A stretch of 64,000 bases of DNA, taken from positions 1,413,307 through 1,477,306 of the forward strand of contig CP070674.1 in NCBI GenBank assembly GCA_020351995.1, written 5' to 3'. Made by a program: the position numbers and the translations under genes. How positions within the stretch are numbered: position 1 is the stretch's first letter; the number at the start of each line of letters is the position of its first letter. This document shows positions 9,725 to 18,686 of this stretch, one piece after another. The notes under the pieces were generated by a model. That model was not told where the DNA came from. It searched no databases and worked only from the letters and a program-made list of their open reading frames with translations. The stretch comes from Candidatus Zixiibacteriota bacterium. Its GTDB lineage: Bacteria; Zixibacteria; MSB-5A5; GN15; FEB-12.

Positions 9725-11674
9725 TTATGAGTCCGGGGTAGGAGCGGGTTTCTCCTTTGCTTCAACGTCACCCGCCGAGCTCCCGATTATTTCATCAACT
9801 TCCTTGCTGTCGATGATCTCTCTCTCCAGAAGGGCCTTGGCCAGATCATGAAGTTTGTCGAGGTTCTTTTCGATTATATTCCTCGCTGTCTGCTCAGCAT
9901 TATCGATAAAAGCTCTAACCTCCCTGTCGATGATAACCGCCGTTGCCTCGGAATAATCCTGATGTTGCTGAATTTCTCGACCGAGAAATATGTGTTCTTC
10001 CGTTTTGCCGAAAGTCACCGGCCCAACTTTCTCGGACATGCCCCAATTGCATACCATCTTGCGAGCGAGACGCGTGGCACGTTCCAGATCATTTCCGGCG
10101 CCGGTATCGAGTTGATTGAACACTATCAACTCGGCGACTCTGCCGCCCATCAAGACCGACAGCACGGTTTCGAGATAATCCCGCGAATGGGTGTGCCGTT
10201 CATCGACGGGTAGTGACTGGGTGACGCCCAGGGCCATGCCCCGGGGTATAATGGTCACCTTGTGAATCGGATCGGCTTTCGGCAAGAACTTGGCTACTAA
10301 CGTATGCCCGGCCTCGTGATAGGCGATAATCTTCTTTTCCTCGTCAGTGATAACAAGAGACTTCCTCGCCGACCCCATCATCACCTTATCCTTGGCTTCC
10401 TCGAAATCATCCATGGTCACAGCGCTGCGGTCTTTTCGCGAGGCCAAAAGGGCGGCCTCATTGACCATGTTGGCCAATTCGGCGCCTGACATGCCCGGTG
10501 TTCCACGGGCAAGGATGGGCAGGTCCACGTCCTCGGCCAGCTTGATCTTGCGGACATGCACGCTCAGAATGCCTTCGCGGCCCTTGACATCGGGGGTAGG
10601 CACGATAATCTGGCGGTCAAACCGGCCTGGCCTCAACAGAGCCGGGTCGAGCACATCGGGACGGTTGGTGGCGGCGATCAGTATAACACCTTCATTCGAT
10701 TCGAAACCATCCATCTCCACCAACAACTGGTTGAGTGTCTGCTCCCGCTCATCATGACCACCGCCGAGCCCGGCACCGCGGTGGCGACCGACCGCGTCAA
10801 TCTCGTCTATAAAGATAATACAGGGGGCGTTCTTCTTGCCCTGGTCGAACAGGTCGCGAACACGGCTGGCGCCAACGCCGACAAACATCTCGACAAAGTC
10901 GGAACCCGACATTGAGAAAAACGGCACTCCCGCCTCACCGGCCACAGCTCTGGCCAGAAGGGTCTTGCCCGTTCCCGGAGGCCCAAGCAGCAGAGCACCT
11001 TTGGGTATTTTGCCGCCGAGCTTCTGGAACTTTGCCGGCTCCTTGAGAAACTCTATGATTTCCTGCAGCTCTTCCTTGGCCTCGTCGGCTCCGGCGACAT
11101 CTTTGAAAGTAACTTTTGGTCTATCCTCACTGAGAAGTTTCGCTTTGCTCTTGCCGAACGAGAACAGTCCTTTGGGACCACCACCCCCCTGCATCTGCCG
11201 GATGAAAAAGAGCCAGAAGAGAATGAGAATTATCCAGGGAGCCGCAGCTGCCAGGTATGAAAACAGATTCGGGCTTTGATCCTTCGCGGTAACTTTAGCA
11301 CCGTTATCCTGAAGCCGATTAATCAACTCGTAATTATAGTCATTGAATGGAATCCGCGTCTTGAACTTGCTGAAAGAATCGGGTGAGTTCACCGATGGAA
11401 ACCGCTGAGGTTCCCTGAGGACACCCTCCACCTTACGCTCCTCGAAAGTAGCCTCAAGTATGTTGTCACGTTCAAGTTCCGCGTAGAACTCGGAGTAAGT
11501 GATTTCCGGAGCGTCCTGACCGAAGTTGTTGTAATAGGAATAGGAAAGAAACACTATCAGGAATAGGGCCATCCAGAAAATGAGTGACTTGCCCGGGCCT
11601 CGCCAGCCCGTGGGTTCCTTTTGTTTATCCCCGCGATTCTTTCCTGATTGTCCCCTGTTATCCGAACTACGCAC
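9725..11674 (-). CDS. ftsH: ATP-dependent zinc metalloprotease FtsH
   Basis: 649 aa with two TM segments. Walker [17 protein letters not shown], and the zinc site [12 protein letters not shown] start. Confidence 0.95.
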   Translation of the reverse strand: MRSSDNRGQSGKNRGDKQKEPTGWRGPGKSLIFWMALFLIVFLSYSYYNNFGQDAPEITYSEFYAELERDNILEATFEERKVEGVLREPQRFPSVNSPDSFSKFKTRIPFNDYNYELINRLQDNGAKVTAKDQSPNLFSYLAAAAPWIILILFWLFFIRQMQGGGGPKGLFSFGKSKAKLLSEDRPKVTFKDVAGADEAKEELQEIIEFLKEPAKFQKLGGKIPKGALLLGPPGTGKTLLARAVAGEAGVPFFSMSGSDFVEMFVGVGASRVRDLFDQGKKNAPCIIFIDEIDAVGRHRGAGLGGGHDEREQTLNQLLVEMDGFESNEGVILIAATNRPDVLDPALLRPGRFDRQIIVPTPDVKGREGILSVHVRKIKLAEDVDLPILARGTPGMSGAELANMVNEAALLASRKDRSAVTMDDFEEAKDKVMMGSARKSLVITDEEKKIIAYHEAGHTLVAKFLPKADPIHKVTIIPRGMALGVTQSLPVDERHTHSRDYLETVLSVLMGGRVAELIVFNQLDTGAGNDLERATRLARKMVCNWGMSEKVGPVTFGKTEEHIFLGREIQQHQDYSEATAVIIDREVRAFIDNAEQTARNIIEKNLDKLHDLAKALLEREIIDSKEVDEIIGSSAGDVEAKEKPAPTPDS

Positions 11675-11763
11675 GTGATTCTTACTCCAACATTACGGTT
11701 ACTCTTAATTATACAAGAAAAAGTCCATCATATTCATATTATATCGGTCACGGGGCTGAATAA

Positions 11764-12315
11764 TTAGACGTCTATGACCTTGCCGATGAACGGCAGGTTG
11801 CGGTATTTCTGAGTATTATCCAGTCCAAAACCGATTACGAATTCGTTCCCAATAGAAAAACCTTTAAAGGCAATATCCAGTTTCGTCCGGTGACTGCCCG
11901 GTTTGTCAACCAGTGTAACAATCTCAACCGAAGCCGGTTCCATCTTCGTCACCAGGTTGAGGATAGCCGAAACGGTACGACCGGAATCGACCACACCTTC
12001 CACAATCAGCACGTGTCGATCCTTCAGCGGAATATGGCTGGTGCTGCTAAACAGAATTTCGTCATCCGGGGTGGTGCCCCGTCGATACGAGGCCGCCGAG
12101 ACAAATTCGACTTCCAGCGGCAGCTTGATATAGCGCATCAAATCAGCCAGAAATACAACGCAGCCCTTCAGAACTCCCAGCAACACCGGATTTCTGTTCT
12201 TGTAGGCCGCGGTGATGTCGCGGCCGAGTTCGGCGATGCGCCGGGCGATGGTCTTCTGATCGAGAAGCAGCTCAAAGGGCTTCAACTCAAGATTCTTTTC
12301 GCCTGCTGAATCCAA
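11764..12315 (-). CDS. hpt: Hypoxanthine phosphoribosyltransferase
   Basis: 183 aa with PRPP-binding VLIVEGVVDSGRT and C-terminal LPFIGKV. The start at 12315 is TTG and overlaps the tilS 3' end, so the exact start is uncertain. Confidence 0.85.
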   Translation of the reverse strand: MDSAGEKNLELKPFELLLDQKTIARRIAELGRDITAAYKNRNPVLLGVLKGCVVFLADLMRYIKLPLEVEFVSAASYRRGTTPDDEILFSSTSHIPLKDRHVLIVEGVVDSGRTVSAILNLVTKMEPASVEIVTLVDKPGSHRTKLDIAFKGFSIGNEFVIGFGLDNTQKYRNLPFIGKVIDV

Positions 12316-13675
12316 TTTTCAGGACCTTTCTCGTTGTACTGTCAACTTTCGCGTGGTCGGAAATCTCGAATCCAACCAGCCACACAACTCCCCTGCTGTC
12401 ACAAACCAACGGTATTTCATCCCTGTAAACAGGGTGGACTTTTCGATCGGTGAGATAATCTCCTACTCGCTTGCTTCCTTTCATCCCGAGCGGCCTGAAC
12501 CGATCGCCCCGTCTGATATTACGAACCTCAAAAGGAGGAACCAATTTCTCATAGTCAACCTCCACGACTCTTGCCCGCCTCCGCCGGGTGGAAGGCTTCG
12601 TCCGCCGGTTATGCACCGACATACGCAAGTTTAGACGCAATGTTCGCAAGCAACATACTTTACCCGGCTCAATAGCAACACTATAACCGGTTCTACCACG
12701 ATGGTACACAACGGCTCTGTCGCCGGCCAGAGCAGCCTGAATCCCATCCGGTAAGGACAAGCTCTTGCGTCCGCGTTGACAAAACTCGTCCAGACGCTCA
12801 ACGACCGCCCTCTCGGGCATCATATCCGACGCTGAAAGTTTTGCCAGACAATACCTTAGCAGTCGGCGTCGGAACCATTTATCATAACGATTATATTTAT
12901 TCAAATCAAGCTCAATTTTCCCGCCGACGGTTTCGCTGATTATTCCCTTGATACGTTTGAGAAGATACTCCTGCAAGAATGCTTCATCCTCAACCGCGAT
13001 TTCCGACAAACTCAGCAAGGCCCGGTCAACGGCCGGGTTGAGCTTCTGGCGAATGTCGACCAGCAGGCGGTTGCGGATGAAATTTCGGTCGTATTCTTCA
13101 CTCAGGTTGGATTGGTCGATACAATAAGACTGTCGCTTCCGCCTGAGATATGCCAGAATCTCTTCCTTTGTAAGATCATAAAGGGGGCGAACGATTCGGC
13201 CACGCACTGGTGGTATTCCGCGCAGCCCGGCGGTCCCGGTCCCGCGGATTATCCTGAAAAGGACGGTCTCCACCCTGTCGTCTACATGATGTCCGAGGGC
13301 TACTCGCTGGGCCTCATACTGGTTGGCCAATCTTTCAAACGTCTCATATCGGAAATCGCGGGCTGTCTGCTCGATACTTTGGCGATTCGCTTTGGCCAGC
13401 GCGGGAATATCCTCAGCAACCAGCAACAGTTCCACGCCCAGTTTTCCGCACAGCCGGAAGCAAAATTTCTCTTCTTTTCTGGCTGCTTGTTTGCGGATGT
13501 TGTGGTTTATGTAGACGGCCCGGATAGTCAACTGATATCTCGCCCTGAGTCCCTGGAGAAGGCGCAGCAACGCCACTGAATCCGGTCCTCCCGAAAGAGC
13601 CACAATCACCGAGTCGCCCCGCTGGAGCATATGATACCCAACAATTGTCTCAAGGACTTTATTCTCAACGCTCAT
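12287..13675 (-). CDS. tilS: tRNA(Ile)-lysidine synthase
   Basis: 462 aa with the PP-loop VALSGGPDSVALL. Sits in the classical tilS-hpt-ftsH order. Confidence 0.9.
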   Translation of the reverse strand: MSVENKVLETIVGYHMLQRGDSVIVALSGGPDSVALLRLLQGLRARYQLTIRAVYINHNIRKQAARKEEKFCFRLCGKLGVELLLVAEDIPALAKANRQSIEQTARDFRYETFERLANQYEAQRVALGHHVDDRVETVLFRIIRGTGTAGLRGIPPVRGRIVRPLYDLTKEEILAYLRRKRQSYCIDQSNLSEEYDRNFIRNRLLVDIRQKLNPAVDRALLSLSEIAVEDEAFLQEYLLKRIKGIISETVGGKIELDLNKYNRYDKWFRRRLLRYCLAKLSASDMMPERAVVERLDEFCQRGRKSLSLPDGIQAALAGDRAVVYHRGRTGYSVAIEPGKVCCLRTLRLNLRMSVHNRRTKPSTRRRRARVVEVDYEKLVPPFEVRNIRRGDRFRPLGMKGSKRVGDYLTDRKVHPVYRDEIPLVCDSRGVVWLVGFEISDHAKVDSTTRKVLKIGFSRRKES

Positions 13676-13711
13676 AATACCAAGATAATACGACCGCCCG
13701 CCGCGTCGAGT

Positions 13712-13743
13712 AAAAAAAAGACCGCCTCGGTACTGAAGCGGTC
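13712..13743 (-). terminator. Intrinsic terminator candidate after 13771..14844
   Basis: On the minus strand, GACCGC-12 nt-GCGGTC is followed by eight T (the A-run at 13712..13719 on plus). Confidence 0.55.
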
Positions 13744-13770
13744 GCTAACGGGTATTCTCTTTTTTTTGAC

Positions 13771-14844
13771 TCAGTTGTCAGCGATGATCTTTTTCAGCGC
13801 AACTACATCAAGCAAATCCACTCGCCCGCTACCATCAACATCGAACCTCAAATCATTCGGGGTGGCGTCACGCGTATGGAACAGGTAGTTCATCAATACG
13901 TCCACGTCCCCGTTATCAGTTATCCCGTCGGCGTTAAGGTCAGCCCCGGGATAGATATGCACCACCAGATCACCAATCATCTCGAATCTTGTCTTATCGA
14001 GGAACTTCCCTGAAACGGTGTACGCCAGCTCTATATCGCCGGTCAATGGTTCATAGGGCTTGAGAAGATTCTTCAAGGCAACGGTGGCCCGGATAGCCTT
14101 TCCTCCATAGACGGGATCCTGCTGAACCACCATTATGGTCCTCGGTTTTACGGCATCAACCTTCACGGACTTAAGGTCAACGTCGTATACGTCTTTCCCC
14201 CACTCACAGAAATTCCCGAAATAGATGTCCACGAATCCTCTTATCGGCGTTGTAGTGACGATATACCCCGGATCCGCATACGTGAATGGGTCGGGGCAAG
14301 CGTCGCCAATGGTATACTCATATGGGCCTCCCCAGTCAGGCACCACATTTACGTCCCCCCATATCCAGTGGTCTACCGGCGGATAGGAAGACGAATCCAC
14401 GATAATCGTCTTTTCGGCGTGTTCGCTATCGATCGGCCCTATTGTGATAGTATAGGCCGGTTCGTCAAAGAACGGCGGCATCCCGGTACCGATCACGTCC
14501 ATGGCGACAAAACCTACCGTGTCGGCTACGGAACCGTCGCAACTGAACGTCAATAAACCGATTGGACCGGTAATATAACGGGTCAGGCCATCGGGAACCG
14601 TGTCAGGAACGGTAGCCGTCCACTCCGCACCATCGGGCGAGTATACCCTGAACCCATTGTCAAGAATCCGATGATAGTCCTCATCGCCGGTAACGTGAAG
14701 AACGAACTCTATCGTTTCACCGAGCTTGAGAGTGCCGTCGGGGTTGGTAGCCTCCACGTCCTCAATCCAGATTGACTGACCCCATGCCGCACTGCCGAAA
14801 AACATAAACAGGACAAACACGAGAAACAATCCTGCCAGTCTCAT
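13771..14844 (-). CDS. Secreted protein, third member of the family with 15091..16770 and 17193..18344; C-terminal dockerin-like module (subtype 2)
   Basis: The ORF track starts at 14856. I prefer the ATG at 14844 because ATGGGAGGTATTATG places a GGAGG just upstream of it. Signal peptide MRLAGLFLVFVLFMFFGSAAWG. C-terminus at 13774..13950 reads DLNADGITDNGDVDVLMNYLF...FDVDGSGRVDLLDVVALKKII. Confidence 0.8.
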   Translation of the reverse strand: MRLAGLFLVFVLFMFFGSAAWGQSIWIEDVEATNPDGTLKLGETIEFVLHVTGDEDYHRILDNGFRVYSPDGAEWTATVPDTVPDGLTRYITGPIGLLTFSCDGSVADTVGFVAMDVIGTGMPPFFDEPAYTITIGPIDSEHAEKTIIVDSSSYPPVDHWIWGDVNVVPDWGGPYEYTIGDACPDPFTYADPGYIVTTTPIRGFVDIYFGNFCEWGKDVYDVDLKSVKVDAVKPRTIMVVQQDPVYGGKAIRATVALKNLLKPYEPLTGDIELAYTVSGKFLDKTRFEMIGDLVVHIYPGADLNADGITDNGDVDVLMNYLFHTRDATPNDLRFDVDGSGRVDLLDVVALKKIIADN

Positions 14845-14926
14845 AATACCTCCCATTGAATCAGGTTTAAAGGATTAGTGTTTTTCCCAGCAGCGTCAAT
14901 TGTGAGGGGGGCTACGCTGCGACCGC

Positions 14927-14955
14927 AATATAGCTGGAGGCCCCCGTCTTGTCAA
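14927..14955 (-). promoter_or_regulatory. Sigma70-type promoter TTGACA-N17-TATATT for 13771..14844
   Basis: The minus strand reads cgTTGACAagacgggggcctccagcTATATTgc, with -35 at 14950..14955 and -10 at 14927..14932. Confidence 0.65.
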
Positions 14956-15021
14956 CGATATGCCCGGACAATCTGCCACAAATTGCGGCCTTTCGACACA
15001 AATTCGCCGGGCGTAAGCCAC

Positions 15022-15051
15022 AAAAAAACCCGCCCTGTAAAGGGCGGGTTT
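15022..15051 (-). terminator. Intrinsic terminator after 15091..16770
   Basis: The minus strand reads AAACCCGCCC-tttaca-GGGCGGGTTT followed by a T-run (the A-run at 15022..15028 on plus). Confidence 0.8.
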
Positions 15052-15090
15052 GTATTCTGATGCCTGAACGAATCAGACAACTCAGTTCGT

Positions 15091-16770
15091 TTACTGCATG
15101 ACGATATCAATGATAGCGCGAACGTCGAGCAGGTCGATACGCCCACTGTCATCGACATCCATGCACTCATCCATTCTCTCGCCCCAGAGCGTAGCTCTCG
15201 GGCCACCATTGAACAACCAGTCTATCATGAAGACTGCGTCTTCGATGTTGGTCACGCCGTCAAAGGTGACGTCGCCAACATACATCGTCAGGTTGAACAG
15301 GAACGTGAGCGTCTGATCGCCACCGGACTTGTAATCATAGTAGACCGGGCAGGGTCTATCCTGATAACCATCCGACGGAACCGGGCGCATACCACCGGCA
15401 CCAAGGAAGCGCATAATGAAACAATCCGTCACCAGCGCTGAATCATCTCCAAAATACTCTATTTGAGGATGATCAGCGGAGTAGGGCGGGATGTTGAACA
15501 CGCGGATGGTTCCCCAGTCAATGTCTTCAAAATCATCGCACCAGATACGAACGTCAAGTCTTCTCTCATTCTCAAGCGCTTTGAGTTTGGTCGTCTCCGG
15601 GAAGCAAGTAGCATAAGGGTCACAGCCTGAGACCGTAATCGTAAAGTCCTCGTCATCGCTCAACCCGGCAGTGTTGGTAGCGGTAACCGTAACCGCATGA
15701 ACACCAACCGCGGCGGTCCAGTCGATCACGCCGGTCACGGGCTCAATAGTCATGCCGGCGGGGCCAGCGATTGAAAAGGTCGGGGGAATCGGATAGCCGA
15801 CTTCGTCGAGTTCGACGTTATAAGTGAACGCCGCACCCTCGGTGGCTGTTTGGTCATCAATCGCGGTTATAACCGGAGCCTTATTGACCACGATCACGAA
15901 CTCCTCGGTTGCTTCGCTCGGGCAGTCGTTGGAAACTCTGACGGTTACGGGGTGGGTGCCTTTAACGCAGGTCCAGTTGATTAGGCCGCTCACAGGGTCA
16001 ATAGTCATGCCGGCCGGAGCGCCGGGGTCCAGCGCGAAAGTAATAGGAGCGTCACCGGTCGCGTCAACATCGTAGGTAAAAGCGTCGCCATCCAGGTACG
16101 GGCCGGCTGGAGCGGTCGTAGCAATCGCCACATCTTCACAGCCACCTGGCTCGAACTGAAACACGTACGGGCCATCCCAGGCGATCGAATCGCCAACGGC
16201 GGTCCAGAGCCAGAAGTTGCCCGGCTCCCAGTACGTGGTATCCAAAACCAGTTGGGCCTCCGCGGCGCCCGCGACACTGGCAACGTTCAAGGAATAAAGC
16301 CAGTTATTGAATCCCGCCGGCAAACCATCCCCTTCGTTAGACACACCGGCGATACCCAGACCACCAAGACCCTTGGTAAGGGCGGCAGCTCCCCAGTACA
16401 TGTCGAACCAGGAATAGCATCCTTGGAACGGGTAGCAGCCCGCCATGAACGCGCACTCCATTTCGAATGGGTAAGTGCAGTTCTTTCCCAGGGTCACTCC
16501 GCCAATGGTAACACCATCCGGAGAATCGAAGTAGAAGCCGTTCGAAATCGCGGTGCGGACCTCATTCACGCCATCACGATTTAGATTTAAGAAGTAAATT
16601 GGAATTACCAGATCACCACCAGCCAGGGGAATCTTTCCCTCGGCGGTCAGCCCTGTCACCTCGGCGAGATCTACATAGACCCTGCAGGAGTCTACTTGGG
16701 CGGTTGCCAGGCTGAATGAGGCAATTACCAAAACAGCAAGCAATGCTGTCACTTTGATGGGTGCTCTCAT
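15091..16770 (-). CDS. Secreted protein: family N-domain + two He_PIG/cadherin-like Ig domains + pre-dockerin module + dockerin-like module (subtype 2)
   Basis: 559 aa with signal peptide MRAPIKVTALLAVLVIASFSLATA. Ig-type repeats include FTYDVDATGDAPITFALDPGAPAGMTIDPVSGLINWT and FTYNVELDEVGYPIPPTFSIAGPAGMTIEPVTGVIDWT. C-terminus at 15094..15279 reads GDVTFDGVTNIEDAVFMIDWLFNGG...DVDDSGRIDLLDVRAIIDIV. Confidence 0.85.
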   Translation of the reverse strand: MRAPIKVTALLAVLVIASFSLATAQVDSCRVYVDLAEVTGLTAEGKIPLAGGDLVIPIYFLNLNRDGVNEVRTAISNGFYFDSPDGVTIGGVTLGKNCTYPFEMECAFMAGCYPFQGCYSWFDMYWGAAALTKGLGGLGIAGVSNEGDGLPAGFNNWLYSLNVASVAGAAEAQLVLDTTYWEPGNFWLWTAVGDSIAWDGPYVFQFEPGGCEDVAIATTAPAGPYLDGDAFTYDVDATGDAPITFALDPGAPAGMTIDPVSGLINWTCVKGTHPVTVRVSNDCPSEATEEFVIVVNKAPVITAIDDQTATEGAAFTYNVELDEVGYPIPPTFSIAGPAGMTIEPVTGVIDWTAAVGVHAVTVTATNTAGLSDDEDFTITVSGCDPYATCFPETTKLKALENERRLDVRIWCDDFEDIDWGTIRVFNIPPYSADHPQIEYFGDDSALVTDCFIMRFLGAGGMRPVPSDGYQDRPCPVYYDYKSGGDQTLTFLFNLTMYVGDVTFDGVTNIEDAVFMIDWLFNGGPRATLWGERMDECMDVDDSGRIDLLDVRAIIDIVMQ

Positions 16771-16812
16771 AATTTCTCCCTCAAATAGAGTTGAAAAGTT
16801 TATTGGGTTGTA
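16771..16812 (-). repeat. Conserved ATG-proximal leader block shared with 18345..18386
   Basis: By hand alignment, 38 of 42 nt are identical to the block upstream of the paralog. It contains the GAGGGAG RBS. Confidence 0.8.
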
Positions 16813-16961
16813 AACGGTAGTATTCTCCCAAAAATGCTGCGTCTAATCTTTTGCGACGATTTAGTGTGTCGTCACAAGTATTCCAAGCCACCCGGGTTAG
16901 CTAACACTTTTGATAAAGGCGGCGGAAGTAAACGGAACAGTAAGATTAATTCGTACACAAA

Positions 16962-16990
16962 AATATATCATCCGCAACCCATTTTGTCAA
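16962..16990 (-). promoter_or_regulatory. Sigma70-type promoter TTGACA-N17-TATATT for 15091..16770
   Basis: The minus strand reads gcaTTGACAaaatgggttgcggatgaTATATTttt. This implies a leader of about 185 nt. Confidence 0.65.
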
Positions 16991-17115
16991 TGCCAAAAAC
17001 GCGTCCTGACGGCAATTCTTTTCACAATACTTTATTAAAGTTTAAGGGATTAGCAAAAGCCGATATATTTTCTCCTATATTGCTGAGTTGCGGCGCAGGT
17101 GCCCCGGGACCACCG

Positions 17116-17148
17116 AAAAAAAACCCGCCCCTTTAGCAGAAGCGGGTT
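17116..17148 (-). terminator. Intrinsic terminator candidate after 17193..18344
   Basis: AACCCGC / GCGGGTT stem (17122..17128 and 17142..17148) followed on the minus strand by an 8-T run. Confidence 0.6.
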
Positions 17149-17192
17149 CTTATTCAGATTCCTGAAGCTATTCGATAGCTCAGACGCCTGTC

Positions 17193-18344
17193 TTAGTACA
17201 CATACTCGATCAGCGCCCGAATATCGAGCAGGTCAAAGCGACCACTCTGGTCGAAGTCCATGAATTCATCCATCCGATAACCGTCATAGGTGCAGGGCTC
17301 TCCGCCGTGGAAGAGGTAGTCAATCATGAAGACTACGTCATCGTTATTGACGGCGCCGTCAAAGTTCACATCGCCCTGGCTGATCATCTGAAGGAAGTCG
17401 CCATACAGAGTGTTTTCGCCACCAGCTAAATAGCTGTACGTGACCCAATACTCACCGGTATAGTCATCGGCAGGCAGCGGACGGAAGCCACCTGAGCCAA
17501 GGAAGCGCATCAGGTAGGCGTTGGTAACGACTGAGTCACCTTCGACCCAGGCCAGACCCTCATTAGTGTAGCACGGGATCTTGCCGAAGATCTTGACCGT
17601 GCCCAAGTCAACCGCATACGGATCATCTTCGCAATGAATCGAAACGTTCAGAACGCGGTCATTGTCATTGACACCGATCTCAAACGGGTTAGGCCAGCAA
17701 GTGGTAAACGGCCCTTCCGGACACGGGTCAAAACCACCCACGAATAGCGGGTCTGGAGGGGTCCAGCCCACATTAGCGCCAACACCGGTCCAGAGCCAGA
17801 AGTTGCCCGGTTCCCAGTAAGTAGTATCCATAACCAGCTGGGCCCCCAGCGGGCCGGAAACGCCCCAAGCCTTGATGGCGTAAATCCAGTCATCAAATCC
17901 CGGGGGAAGACCAGTACCCTTTTCCGCCAGGCCAGCAATACCCAGACCACCAAGACCCTTGGTAAGATCGGTGGCCGAGAAGTACATGTCAAACCAGGAA
18001 TAGCAATTGAACGGCTCGAATGGATAGCAGCCATTCATGATCGCGCACTCAAGGTCAACATTGTACACGCAGTTCTTGATAAGACTCAACGAATCAATGG
18101 TGACGCCGTCGGGCGATAAGAAGTAGTACCCGTTCGATACCGCGGTACGGAAATCCTCGGCGCCACTGGTGTTAACAAAGTGGATCGGAAATTCGAGGTC
18201 GGCGCCGACATCAGGGATATTGCCCTCTCCGTCAAGACCCGCAATCTCGCTATTAAGCACATAGACCTCTTGCCCCTGTGCGAAACCGAACGAGAAGAGT
18301 ACCATAACAGCAAGTAGTACTGTTGCTTTGAAGGGTGCTCTCAT
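17193..18344 (-). CDS. Secreted protein, short paralog of 15091..16770 (no Ig insert); dockerin-like module (subtype 2)
   Basis: 383 aa with signal peptide MRAPFKATVLLAVMVLFSFGFAQG. The N-domain is collinear with the paralog (LTKGLGGLGIAG, DTTYWEPGNFWLWT). C-terminus at 17196..17378 reads GDVNFDGAVNNDDVVFMIDYLFHGG...DFDQSGRFDLLDIRALIEYVY. Confidence 0.85.
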   Translation of the reverse strand: MRAPFKATVLLAVMVLFSFGFAQGQEVYVLNSEIAGLDGEGNIPDVGADLEFPIHFVNTSGAEDFRTAVSNGYYFLSPDGVTIDSLSLIKNCVYNVDLECAIMNGCYPFEPFNCYSWFDMYFSATDLTKGLGGLGIAGLAEKGTGLPPGFDDWIYAIKAWGVSGPLGAQLVMDTTYWEPGNFWLWTGVGANVGWTPPDPLFVGGFDPCPEGPFTTCWPNPFEIGVNDNDRVLNVSIHCEDDPYAVDLGTVKIFGKIPCYTNEGLAWVEGDSVVTNAYLMRFLGSGGFRPLPADDYTGEYWVTYSYLAGGENTLYGDFLQMISQGDVNFDGAVNNDDVVFMIDYLFHGGEPCTYDGYRMDEFMDFDQSGRFDLLDIRALIEYVY

Positions 18345-18386
18345 AGTTTCTCCCTCAATTAGAGTTGAAAAGTTTTATGGGTTGTA
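18345..18386 (-). repeat. Conserved ATG-proximal leader block shared with 16771..16812
   Basis: See 16771..16812. Confidence 0.8.
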
Positions 18387-18533
18387 GTTACAAACGAACA
18401 AATATGCTACGCCTTACTTTGGTGCTTAAAGGTTATTCTTCAGGCTCAAGCTAAAGTTCTCAACTTACTCAAACGCTATTTCAGCTAATAAGTAAGGAAT
18501 AAAGAAGTAAACTTCGTTTCGCTGTACGTCGGA

Positions 18534-18562
18534 AATATAACAATAATCGACCTGGCTGTCAA
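18534..18562 (-). promoter_or_regulatory. Sigma70-type promoter TTGACA-N17-TATATT for 17193..18344
   Basis: The minus strand reads ggTTGACAgccaggtcgattattgtTATATTtcc. This implies a leader of about 185 nt. Confidence 0.65.
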
Positions 18563-18663
18563 CCTATTTTTGGGCCTAAGACTCAGGCCCGTAGGCCATT
18601 TGTGCGCAATCTGGACAGGTTTTGAGGTGGCGAACAGACGTCTGGAAGAGTGCTCGAAAAGTA

Positions 18664-18686
18664 AACAGGATATATTCTCTCCTGTT
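18664..18686 (-). terminator. Hairpin overlapping the stop codon of the K+ channel gene (weak terminator candidate)
   Basis: AACAGGA-9 nt-TCCTGTT. On the minus strand it is followed by TACTTTTCG. Confidence 0.35.

Noticed and set aside
16834-17136. 100-aa plus-strand ORF between the two paralogous exoprotein genes.
   Set aside because: It lies across the predicted promoter and leader of 15091..16770 and across the terminator of 17193..18344. Its sequence is low-complexity and it has no RBS.
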